In this document: in pieces, positions 26,168 through 36,532 of the stretch
Layout: every line of letters begins with the position of its first letter
How positions within the stretch are numbered: position 1 is the stretch's first letter
NCBI GenBank assembly: GCA_046731415.1
Contig: JBKPLD010000089.1
Span: 1-51,509 of the forward strand
DNA length: 51,509 nucleotides
Direction: 5' to 3'
DNA from: Verrucomicrobiota bacterium
Lineage (GTDB): Bacteria; Verrucomicrobiota; Verrucomicrobiia; Chthoniobacterales; UBA10450
Position numbers and translations under genes: made by a program
The notes under the pieces: generated by a model
Told to the model about the DNA's origin: nothing
Seen by the model: only the letters and a program-made list of their open reading frames with translations
Database searches by the model: none

Positions 26168-26488
26168 ATGACCTTTGAAGTGCGTCGTGTGATTACGGCC
26201 GATCACCCCAGCTTGCCGGGACATTTCCCAGATGCGCCTCTCGTACCAGGCGTATTGATCCTTGATGAAGTTCTCGCAGCGTTGCGTGTTTGGCAGGACG
26301 ACTATGAGCTAACTGCGATCCGGACGGTGAAGTTTTTGCATCCATTAAAACCTGGACAGCAGTTTACGATCTGTCTTTCCGCGAACAATAATGAAGCGAG
26401 TGAAATCAATTTTTCTTGCCGCATCGAAGGGCGCGTGATCGTTGAGGGCCAACTTGAAGTTTCGTGCAGGACCAAGGTGACTTCGTGA
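26168..26488 (+). CDS. hotdog-fold (3R)-hydroxyacyl-ACP dehydratase, ApeI-like
   Basis: 106-aa ORF with 'ADHPSLPGHFPDAPLVPGVLILDEV', a FabZ/ApeI-type active-site His context. Confidence 0.7.
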   Translation: MTFEVRRVITADHPSLPGHFPDAPLVPGVLILDEVLAALRVWQDDYELTAIRTVKFLHPLKPGQQFTICLSANNNEASEINFSCRIEGRVIVEGQLEVSCRTKVTS

Positions 26489-27702
26489 ACACACCACTTT
26501 CCGACGCGCAGACCTTCAAGGTACAGCCGAGCGATCCGCGCCTGGCTGAATACCTGAAGGAATATCCAGCGCCGGTATTTAGTGAACGACTCTATCAAAG
26601 CATCGAGCTGATAGAGGCTTATAGCGTCGAAATCGCTATCGATCTGGCCTGCCAGTTGAAGTTGGTCGATTACCTCAGCCAGTGGCAATCGGTCGATGAC
26701 TTATGTCGTCTCCTTTCGTTTCAGCCCTCCTTCAAGTTCGCATTACATTGGATCCTCGAACGTCTGGTCGGAATCGATTGCGTCGAGGCACGGAGCGACG
26801 GGGATACTCGCTGTTATCGTCTTCGGCGTTCGTTGCGGAAACCGAATCTTGAAAACCTGCGTGCAGCAGCTCTGCAAACCGATCCTGCGAACGCGGCAAC
26901 TTTGGATCTGCTGGATCACGCCGCGAACCTCTATCCAGTTATCGCCAACGGGGAACAAAGCGGTGATCGCAATTTGCTGGGACCACAGGGGGTGCCGCTG
27001 TGGCTGAATTATTTTAACAACGACAATTCAACTTATGCAGTAAACAACTGGGTCGGCGCGGCACTCGCCGCACACCGCGTCTCCAATCGACGCGCGTTTC
27101 GAATTTTGGAAGTCGGCGCCGGCCCCGGCAGCGCCACCGAAATTTTGCTGCGCTTGTTTGAGGAGCGGGGACTTTTGCCACGAGTGGAACGTTATCTCGT
27201 CACAGAGCCGAACGCGTTTTTCCTGCGATGCGGCCAACGCAAGCTCGCAAGACAGTATCCTGGTCTTCCGCTCGAATGGGGCACACTCAACCTTGATTTG
27301 CCGTGGAGTACTCAAGGTATCAACCCGGGTGAATTCGACCTGGTATACGCCGTTAACGTGATGCACATATCCAAAGATCTCTTGTTTAGCTTGAATGAAG
27401 CGCGTTCGGCTTTAGCGAGTGACGGCTGGCTCGTGATCGGGGAATGTCTGCGCCCCTATTTCAATCAACCAATCTATCCCGAACTGATGTTTCAGATCCT
27501 TGAGAGTTTCATAAACGTCCAGACCGACCCTGAGATTCGCCCGAACCCCGGCTTTCTCACTGCAGAACATTGGCGGCGTGCGTTTGCTCGCGCAGGTTTT
27601 CAGCGCGTCGAAGTCGCGCCGGAGATCGATCGCATTCGCGAAATTTATCCACATTTCTTCACCGGCGGGATTTGCGGGCAAAACATCATTTCTGACAAAT
27701 GA
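26464..27702 (+). CDS. SAM-dependent methyltransferase with an N-terminal winged-helix/dimerisation-like domain (ApeB-like)
   Basis: 412-aa ORF with motif I 'RILEVGAGPGSATE'. The start is GTG at 26464 or GTG at 26485 (GTGA overlap with the upstream stop). Confidence 0.75.
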   Translation: MQDQGDFVNTPLSDAQTFKVQPSDPRLAEYLKEYPAPVFSERLYQSIELIEAYSVEIAIDLACQLKLVDYLSQWQSVDDLCRLLSFQPSFKFALHWILERLVGIDCVEARSDGDTRCYRLRRSLRKPNLENLRAAALQTDPANAATLDLLDHAANLYPVIANGEQSGDRNLLGPQGVPLWLNYFNNDNSTYAVNNWVGAALAAHRVSNRRAFRILEVGAGPGSATEILLRLFEERGLLPRVERYLVTEPNAFFLRCGQRKLARQYPGLPLEWGTLNLDLPWSTQGINPGEFDLVYAVNVMHISKDLLFSLNEARSALASDGWLVIGECLRPYFNQPIYPELMFQILESFINVQTDPEIRPNPGFLTAEHWRRAFARAGFQRVEVAPEIDRIREIYPHFFTGGICGQNIISDK

Positions 27703-28619
27703 CCTCGGACGTTCTCGAGCCAAAATCATCGGAGACCGTGCATTGGACGGGCTTGCCAGAACGCGGCACAGCGGCTTCGCTGCGGTCACTCGGTTGGATC
27801 GCGACGCACATCGGACGTTGGGCGGCAAGGCTCCTGTTATATCCGATTACATTTTATTTTGTAATTACGGCAGGCGCAGCTCGTCGGACGTCGTACGAAT
27901 ATTTCAAGCAAATGCGCGGCCACCCGGCGCGCTGGTGGCATGTATTTCGTCATTTTCATTGCTTCGCGGCGACAATTCTGGATCGCGTTTACCTGTTGCG
28001 CGGTGAGTTCGATCGCTTTGACGTAAAGCTTCACGGCAAAGAAATGCTTCACCGCCGAGTGGATAGCGGAAAGGGCTGCGTTCTATTAGGCTCACATTTG
28101 GGCAGTTTCGAGGTATTGCGAGCGCTTGGAGTAATGCAGCGAAACTTTCCACTCAAGGTTTTAATGGATGCAAACCACAACCAAAACGTCACCCGTTTTC
28201 TGGACGCACTGAACCCGCTGGTCGCAAGCACCGTAATAGCCCCAGATCGGGTGGACACGTTGCTGACCGTTAAGGAAAGTTTGGACGCGGGGTTCTTCGT
28301 CGGCACGTTGGGCGACCGCGTGTCGAGTGGCGATAAGACAACTCGCTGTCAATTCCTTGGCCGCCAAGCGGCGTTCCCGGTTGGGCCAATTGTGCTTGCT
28401 GCCATGACGCATTGTCCTGTTATTTTGTTTTTCGGTCTCTACCGCGGCGGGAATCGTTACGAAATTTACTTCGAACATTTTGCCGAGGAGATCACATTGG
28501 ATCGCGATCGCAGGGCTGAGGAGATCCAGCTATGGATGCAACGTTACGCCGAGCGCTTGGAGCATTACGCGCGCACTGCGCCTTATAATTGGTTTAATTT
28601 CTATCCATTTTGGGATTAG
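27699..28619 (+). CDS. LpxL/HtrB-type (lysophospholipid) acyltransferase (ApeD-like)
   Basis: 306-aa ORF with an N-terminal TM segment and 'GKGCVLLGSHLGSFEV' (an H-x4-D/E acyltransferase motif). It has an ATGA overlap with the upstream methyltransferase. Confidence 0.72.
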   Translation: MTSDVLEPKSSETVHWTGLPERGTAASLRSLGWIATHIGRWAARLLLYPITFYFVITAGAARRTSYEYFKQMRGHPARWWHVFRHFHCFAATILDRVYLLRGEFDRFDVKLHGKEMLHRRVDSGKGCVLLGSHLGSFEVLRALGVMQRNFPLKVLMDANHNQNVTRFLDALNPLVASTVIAPDRVDTLLTVKESLDAGFFVGTLGDRVSSGDKTTRCQFLGRQAAFPVGPIVLAAMTHCPVILFFGLYRGGNRYEIYFEHFAEEITLDRDRRAEEIQLWMQRYAERLEHYARTAPYNWFNFYPFWD

Positions 28620-28661
28620 GTCTGCCGTGCAGATGCCGAAGTAAGCTGCAAGCGCGAAGCA

Positions 28662-29105
28662 ATGCGTAACGAACCGCCGATCAACAAAGCAGAAATTCGC
28701 AAGCTAATCCCCCACTCCGGTACCATGTGTTTGTTGGATGAGGTAACTCAGTGGGATGATCGATCGATTACCTGTGTGAGTAATACTCACCGTGACCGCT
28801 CTAATCCATTGCGTCGCGACGGACGATTATCTGCTCTGCACGCTTTCGAATACGGCGCGCAAGCGGCAGCAGTCCACGGCGGATTGCGAGCGCGTTCCGT
28901 GGGCGCAATCGCGCCACCTGGCTATTTGGCTGCCTTGCGCGACGCGCGCTTACATGTGGCGTCCCTGGACGACATCCAGAGCGCGCTACAAGTACACGCT
29001 GTGCGCTTATTCGGAGACCGCGTCAATTGTGTCTATGAATGTCGCGTCTCTGCGCGCGATAGGCCTCTAGCCGAAGGCCGAGTTACAATCGTCGAGCGCC
29101 AATGA
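28662..29105 (+). CDS. hotdog-fold dehydratase, ApeP-like
   Basis: 147-aa ORF with 'LIPHSGTMCLLDEVTQWDD...ALHAFEYGAQAAAVHG', typical of the ApeP-type dehydratase family. Confidence 0.68.
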   Translation: MRNEPPINKAEIRKLIPHSGTMCLLDEVTQWDDRSITCVSNTHRDRSNPLRRDGRLSALHAFEYGAQAAAVHGGLRARSVGAIAPPGYLAALRDARLHVASLDDIQSALQVHAVRLFGDRVNCVYECRVSARDRPLAEGRVTIVERQ

Positions 29106-29107
29106 AT

Positions 29108-29197
29108 CTGCTGTAGCGCCGCTCTGCGAGCGCTGACATAACATTTAGCGTCACCGTTGCGTTGCATTACGGCGGTCATAGACCGCCGCTACAGCAG
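29108..29197. repeat. palindromic intergenic element, family B (90 bp)
   Basis: The sequence is ctgctgtagcgccgctctgcgagcgc...cggcggtcatagaccgccgctacagcag. It lies between the convergent ApeP-like gene and fabG. Confidence 0.8.
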
Positions 29198-29199
29198 TC

Positions 29200-29943
29200 T
29201 CACATCACAATCCCGCCATCTACGCACAAAACCTGCCCGGTGATATAACCACCTTCACCAGACGCAAGAAATGCCACTGCGCTGGCGATGTCTTCAGGCG
29301 TCCCTGTTTTGCCGAGTGGAATTTTTGATTGAATGGTATTTTTAATCTCGTCGGAAAGTCCGGCAGTCATGTCCGTCGTAATAAATCCCGGAGCCACAGC
29401 GTTGACGGTGATATTGCGGCTCGCAAGCTCGCGGGCAAGCGACTTGGTAAGACCGATCAAGCCCGCTTTGCTGGCCGCATAATTTGTTTGCCCTGCATTG
29501 CCCATCAAACCGATGACTGAACTGATGTTGATGATGCGACCGCTGCGCTGCTTGATCATGACGCGAATGATTGCCTGCGCAAAGCTAAATGCGCCGCGCA
29601 AATTCGTGTTAAGAACTGAATCCCAATCCTCGAGCGACATTCGCATGGCAAGCACGTCGCGCGTTACACCGGCGTTGTTAACCAGAATGTCGGTCCGGCC
29701 AAAATCCTCGAGAATACGGGCACCGATTTTTTGGACTGCAGCGTGATCCGCAACATCGACCGTGTAGGCCTTCGCCGCATCAGCACGAACTGCGTTGATT
29801 TGATCAGCGATCTTCTTTGCGTTTGCTTCCGTGCGGCTCACGCATGCCACTCGCGCTCCGTCGTTCGCCAGCCGCAACGCGATGGCTTGTCCAATTCCCC
29901 GACCCGCTCCGGTAACGATCGCAACTTGATTCTCAAATCTCAT
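29200..29943 (-). CDS. fabG: 3-oxoacyl-[ACP] reductase
   Basis: 247-aa SDR with 'VAIVTGAGRGIGQAIA', 'NNAGV' and the 'YAASKAG' catalytic Tyr-x3-Lys. The length and C-terminus 'GGYITGQVLCVDGGIVM' are FabG-like. Confidence 0.9.
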   Translation of the reverse strand: MRFENQVAIVTGAGRGIGQAIALRLANDGARVACVSRTEANAKKIADQINAVRADAAKAYTVDVADHAAVQKIGARILEDFGRTDILVNNAGVTRDVLAMRMSLEDWDSVLNTNLRGAFSFAQAIIRVMIKQRSGRIINISSVIGLMGNAGQTNYAASKAGLIGLTKSLARELASRNITVNAVAPGFITTDMTAGLSDEIKNTIQSKIPLGKTGTPEDIASAVAFLASGEGGYITGQVLCVDGGIVM

Positions 29944-30036
29944 ATAGTTTTTCGATTTCGAAGAATAGCTTTCGATGTTGCGTTATGTCGAGGGCGCGCC
30001 CTGTACTAACGAGCCAAACGCGTTCATCGACTCGAA

Positions 30037-30750
30037 CTAAACCGCTCCGTAGCGGCGTTGGCGGCGCCCAAATTCTTCCACAGCGGCTACAAGATCTTTT
30101 TTTGTGAAATCGGGCCACAGTTTGGGTGTGAGATACAATTCGGTGTAGGAGGTCTGCCAAAGAAGGAAGTTGGATAAACGCATTTCGCCTGAAGTGCGAA
30201 TCAGTAGATCGGGATCGGGGTAGTAGCGTGTATAAAGATGTTTGCTGAACATCTCGACATCGACCATTGCCCTGTCGATGTGACCGAGCTCGATGGCGCG
30301 AAGTAAACTCTTGATGCCATCGATAATTTCGAGACGGCCGCCATAACTCAGGGCAAGAATGAGAGTCAAACCAGTATTCCCAGCGGTTTGTTCTATGGTT
30401 CTATGAAGTTGCTCCTGCGAACTCACGGGTAAATCAGTCAGCCGGCCGATCGCCTGAAGACGAACATTTTTCTCCACCAATTCAGGCGTCTTTTCCTTTA
30501 AGAATTTTTCGAGCAGGCGCATGAGCGCGAGGACTTCAGCTTTGGGTCGCTGCCAGTTTTCAGCTGAGAAAGCGTAAAGGGTGAGATATTCGACCTTTAA
30601 TTCACCACATCCTTCCACGCATTCGCGAACAGCCTGGGCCCCTGCTTCGTGTCCCTTGATGCGCGGGAGACCACGCGCCCTGGCCCAGCGGCCGTTACCA
30701 TCCATGATGATTGCAATGTGACGAGGAACGCTCTTCACGCTCGAAGCCAT
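30037..30750 (-). CDS. uppS: isoprenyl transferase (undecaprenyl-diphosphate synthase)
   Basis: 237-aa ORF with 'HIAIIMDGNGRWA', 'YLTLYAFSAENWQRP' and 'LIRTSGEMRLSNFLLWQ'. Confidence 0.95.
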   Translation of the reverse strand: MASSVKSVPRHIAIIMDGNGRWARARGLPRIKGHEAGAQAVRECVEGCGELKVEYLTLYAFSAENWQRPKAEVLALMRLLEKFLKEKTPELVEKNVRLQAIGRLTDLPVSSQEQLHRTIEQTAGNTGLTLILALSYGGRLEIIDGIKSLLRAIELGHIDRAMVDVEMFSKHLYTRYYPDPDLLIRTSGEMRLSNFLLWQTSYTELYLTPKLWPDFTKKDLVAAVEEFGRRQRRYGAV

Positions 30751-30752
30751 GG

Positions 30753-32751
<1,999 letters not shown>

Positions 32752-32761
32752 AAAACGTCGT

Positions 32762-33169
32762 TTATCCAGTTGGCCGCGCGACCTTGATCACAGGCAGTGG
32801 AAAACGCATCCGCAACTCGTTTTCCAGGTAAATCTCCACGTGATGTAGTCCGTATTGCTGAAACTGCACTCCGCCAAAATAATGGACGTTCGTCGCGTGG
32901 CCTTCCATTTCCTTCAAAGCAAATTCCACTTCCGCCTGAGCGATAACTTGTTGTTCGTCGACGCCGACAATCCGGGATTTTTGCCTGAATTTTCCGGCGC
33001 CGCTGCACCAACGCGTCCAGATGCAGAGCCGGATGTAATTAATCGGCAAGGCAGGCGCTGGAATAACACTCAGCACGCCAACGAGCGTTTGCATCCCGTT
33101 GATTTCGCACCGGACGTCCTCACAAAGAACAGCACTTTGCAGATCGGGAAGAATAACGTCAGTGCCCAT
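32762..33169 (-). CDS. hypothetical protein, beta-rich (resembles the DUF6941-type small proteins, from memory)
   Basis: 135-aa ORF lying 10 nt upstream of the 32188-32751 ORF. I recognised no catalytic motifs. Confidence 0.5.
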   Translation of the reverse strand: MGTDVILPDLQSAVLCEDVRCEINGMQTLVGVLSVIPAPALPINYIRLCIWTRWCSGAGKFRQKSRIVGVDEQQVIAQAEVEFALKEMEGHATNVHYFGGVQFQQYGLHHVEIYLENELRMRFPLPVIKVARPTG

Positions 33170-33179
33170 CGCTAAATGA

Positions 33180-34040
33180 TTACATGATCCCGCGCGCCAG
33201 CAGCGTCAACAATCCAATGCCGAGCACAATTCGATAAATGGCAAAAGGCACAAACCCCCGCGCGCGCACCCAATTCATAAACCAGGCCACCACGGCCAGT
33301 GCTACAAAAAACGAAACGATGAATCCGATGGCGAGTACGATCAACGCATGTGGATTCATTGCCAGCGGTGCGATGTCTCCCTCGCGATGGTGTGGCATAA
33401 CTGTCTTCAAAAAATCAAATCCCGTGGCCACCACCATGGTCGGCATCGATAAGAAAAACGAAAATTCGAGCGCCGCTGGACGCGACAGACCTGCGACCTG
33501 ACCTGCGGCGATTGTGGACATCGAGCGGGAAGTGCCGGGGAAGATGGCGGAAAGAATTTGTGCAGCACCGATCCAGGCCGCCTGTGGCAGAGTCATTTCT
33601 TCCATGTGCATTGTCCGCGGTCGGGTAAAAACAGTGTCAACGATCCACATCACAATTCCACCGATGAGAAGCGCAAAGGCCATTACCCATAGATTTTCCA
33701 GGTTTTTACCAATTTGTTTCGTAAGCGCCCAGGCTGGAACTGCAGTGACGACAAACGCGATTAACGTAAGGCTTAACGGATGCGTCAAAACCGTGCGATT
33801 GCCGCGTGCCCCTCTTGGAAATGTGCGAACAAATCCCAGGATGCGGTGCCAAAAATAAACTGGCAACGCCAGAATGGCGCCGAGCTGGATAACGATCGTG
33901 TACATCTTCCAGAATCCGTCGTGAAGATCGATATGCAGCAACGCCTCGCAGATACGCAAATGCGCGGTTGAACTTACCGGAAGAAATTCAGTCAGTCCTT
34001 CGACGATTCCCAGAAAAACTGACAACAGATATTCGTGCAT
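33180..34040 (-). CDS. uppP: undecaprenyl-diphosphate phosphatase (BacA/UppP)
   Basis: 286-aa polytopic ORF with 'GLTEFLPVSSTAHL' and 'PGTSRSMSTI' BacA motifs. Confidence 0.93.
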   Translation of the reverse strand: MHEYLLSVFLGIVEGLTEFLPVSSTAHLRICEALLHIDLHDGFWKMYTIVIQLGAILALPVYFWHRILGFVRTFPRGARGNRTVLTHPLSLTLIAFVVTAVPAWALTKQIGKNLENLWVMAFALLIGGIVMWIVDTVFTRPRTMHMEEMTLPQAAWIGAAQILSAIFPGTSRSMSTIAAGQVAGLSRPAALEFSFFLSMPTMVVATGFDFLKTVMPHHREGDIAPLAMNPHALIVLAIGFIVSFFVALAVVAWFMNWVRARGFVPFAIYRIVLGIGLLTLLARGIM

Positions 34041-34071
34041 CCTTGAATCGTTGAATGGTTAAAGGTTTAAT

Positions 34072-34116
34072 CAGTTAAATGGTTCTGCCTCTTCCAACTC
34101 TTTGACCATTTAACTG
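34072..34116 (-). terminator. perfect 12-bp inverted repeat (cagttaaatggt / accatttaactg) with a 21-nt loop, just downstream of glnB
   Basis: Read directly from the sequence: arms at 34072-34083 and 34105-34116. There is no U-tract, so it could equally be a protein-binding palindrome upstream of uppP. Confidence 0.3.
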
Positions 34117-34132
34117 CGTGAGCGCTCCGCGG

Positions 34133-34516
<384 letters not shown>

Positions 34517-34595
34517 TCATGGAATATGCTAGTTGCGATAGCGGCATTGAAATCTCATTTGCACGGGGTCGACTCGCAGCGCATAACTTCCGCCG

Positions 34596-35588
34596 ATGAA
34601 GTTCGTTTTTTGCATTTTTGCGGTCGCCGCAATCACATCATTCGTACAGGCGCAGGAACAAAGCCCTCCGCAGGAAAAAACCACACCGCCGCCTCGAGTT
34701 TATCCCGTTGCTTTGCCTAATTACGATGAGGAAACCGCTACGCGGTTACAAATTTTTTTGGACAACAACGATTTCGGCCCCGGGAAAATTGATGGAAGAA
34801 TGGGCGAATTTTTCCGCAAAGCGCTTATCTCATACAAGCATGCCCAAGCAATGCCAAAAACTGGCGCGGTCGATCAATGGATGCTCGATCAAGTGCCCGC
34901 GACTTACACGACTTACACGATCAGGGATGAAGATCTAAAGTTGGTCGGCAACGTGCCAGGCAGTCGTGCCGAACAGGCCAAATTAAAATGGTTGCCTTAT
35001 ACGTCGCTGCTCGAGTTCGTCGCCGAGCGCTTTCATTCGGCCGAATCCTACATTCAAAAACTTAATCCTGGAAAAAACTGGGAACAACTTCAGCCTGGCG
35101 ACACTTTGAAAGTGCCGAATGTATTGCCCTTTGAGGTTGAGAAATTCACCGAAGGAAAGGTCCCTGAAAATCCGACGTTCGCTTCCCGTAAGATTTTTGT
35201 CGATACACACGAGCATCTTCTGGAGGTCTTCGATCAGCACCGGCTGGTCTGTGTGTTTCCGATTACGCCTGGATCGAAAACATTGCCGGCGCCGGTAGGC
35301 ACCTGGAAAATTCTTGGCGCAAACGTCTGGCCGTGGTTCCGCTACGATGAAGGCATGCTCAACTATGGCGTGCGCACCGAAAACTATTACAATCTGCCGC
35401 CAGGCCCGAACAATCTCGTCGGCATTCTCTGGATGGGATTGAACAAGCCTGGCATCGGTATTCACGGCACCAACAATCCCGAGACAATTGGGCGCGCTGC
35501 CAGTCACGGCTGCATTCGTCTGGCCAACTGGGACGCCGCGCGGGTAAAAGATCTGGTGAGCGTTGGCAACACCGTTCTTATCTTCTAA
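34596..35588 (+). CDS. L,D-transpeptidase (YkuD domain) with an N-terminal peptidoglycan-binding-like domain
   Basis: 330-aa ORF with a signal peptide, 'LQIFLDNNDFGPGKIDGRMG' (PG-binding-like) and the catalytic 'IGIHGTNNPETIGRAASHGCIRLAN'. Confidence 0.88.
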   Translation: MKFVFCIFAVAAITSFVQAQEQSPPQEKTTPPPRVYPVALPNYDEETATRLQIFLDNNDFGPGKIDGRMGEFFRKALISYKHAQAMPKTGAVDQWMLDQVPATYTTYTIRDEDLKLVGNVPGSRAEQAKLKWLPYTSLLEFVAERFHSAESYIQKLNPGKNWEQLQPGDTLKVPNVLPFEVEKFTEGKVPENPTFASRKIFVDTHEHLLEVFDQHRLVCVFPITPGSKTLPAPVGTWKILGANVWPWFRYDEGMLNYGVRTENYYNLPPGPNNLVGILWMGLNKPGIGIHGTNNPETIGRAASHGCIRLANWDAARVKDLVSVGNTVLIF

Positions 35589-35598
35589 TACTCCATTT

Positions 35599-35705
35599 GT
35601 CACCCGAACGAATGTGAGGGATCTCGCAGTCGAAGCTTGGCACTCTCAGATTCAAATGCATGAACAACGAGGCTATGTGTGATCCCTCGCTTCGCTCGGG
35701 ATGAC
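35599..35705. repeat. MITE-like element, family A (107 bp)
   Basis: The sequence is gtcacccgaacgaatgtgagggatctcgc...gatccctcgcttcgctcgggatgac. It starts 11 nt after the ldt stop codon. Confidence 0.8.
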
Positions 35706-35748
35706 CGTGTGACCGCCGGCAACACCGCCCTCATTTTGTGATAACGTT

Positions 35749-35854
35749 GTCACCCCGAACGAATGTGAGGGACCTCACAGTCGAAGTTGAAGGTCCTGGT
35801 TGACTTGTGTGATCCATCAGCTTGTGCGAGGTCCCTCGCTCCGCTCGGGATGAG
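35749..35854. repeat. MITE-like element, family A (106 bp)
   Basis: The sequence is gtcaccccgaacgaatgtgagggacctcac...gaggtccctcgctccgctcgggatgag. It is a second tandem copy with a divergent core. Confidence 0.8.
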
Positions 35855-35994
35855 CCGGGCGGTCGGCACCACGGCCATCATGCTTGTAGCCAATAATGGA
35901 CCGTCCGGCGCCTCCGGCGAGCGCGCCCTACCAAATTCCCAAAAAAATTCGCGCTGAATCGCATCCTTAGGCGTCTAGGCTTTAGATCGACCTA

Positions 35995-36528
35995 ATGGAT
36001 CCTAGTGAACGCGAACAATATCAGGCGGCCATTCACGGCGATCGAGAGGCATTTGAAATGATCATTCGTCGACATAGCCGGACACTTTTCGCAGTCGCTT
36101 ACGGTATTCTGCAAAACCGCGAAGAAGCAGAGGACGTCGTGCAAGATTCGTTGGTCAAAGCGTGGAAAACGCGCTGGCGGGTCCGCGATCCTGAAAAATT
36201 TCCCGCCTGGTTCGCAACCATCGCGCGACACAAGGCCCACGACGTTTTTCGCAAACGCCGCACTGTTCCTTTGCCGAAACAACTGACGGAAGCATTCGAA
36301 CCAGAAATAGCGGGCGCGAGTCCGTTAGATGAACAATTGCATTCCGCGCTTGCCGCGCTGCCAGAACTTCATCGAGCCGCGCTCACGTTGCGCTATTTCG
36401 AGGAAATGGATTATCGCACCATTGAAAACACTCTTGGTCTGACCAATGGCGCGCTGCGCGGGATTCTCGGTCGCGCCCTCTCTGCCATGCGGAAACAACT
36501 TCGTCCGGCCCTCGTCTCAATGGATTAA
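35995..36528 (+). CDS. ECF-type RNA polymerase sigma-70 factor
   Basis: 177-aa ORF with region 2 'AEDVVQDSLVKAW...FPAWFATIARHKAHDVFRKR' and region 4 'LTLRYFEEMDYRTIENTLGLTNGALRGILGRA'. Confidence 0.88.
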   Translation: MDPSEREQYQAAIHGDREAFEMIIRRHSRTLFAVAYGILQNREEAEDVVQDSLVKAWKTRWRVRDPEKFPAWFATIARHKAHDVFRKRRTVPLPKQLTEAFEPEIAGASPLDEQLHSALAALPELHRAALTLRYFEEMDYRTIENTLGLTNGALRGILGRALSAMRKQLRPALVSMD

Positions 36529-36532
36529 GCGT

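Noticed and set aside
29991-30002. Perfect 12-bp palindrome AGGGCGCGCCCT upstream of fabG
   Set aside because: It is short and GC-rich, is expected by chance in this composition, and has no partner motif or flanking structure.
34983-35603. 206-aa minus-strand ORF opposite the L,D-transpeptidase gene
   Set aside because: It is antisense to a gene with a clear YkuD catalytic motif, so it is a shadow ORF.
35860-35994. ECF-type autoregulated promoter (GAAC...CGTC) upstream of the sigma-factor gene
   Set aside because: The only candidate (tgaatc-N11-cgtcta) has the wrong spacing, so there is no convincing -35/-10 pair.
36446-36532. N-terminal extension of the anti-sigma ORF overlapping the sigma-factor gene
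   Set aside because: The conserved anti-sigma sequence starts at ATG 36533, right after the sigma stop. The extension is out-of-frame read-through of sigma coding sequence.
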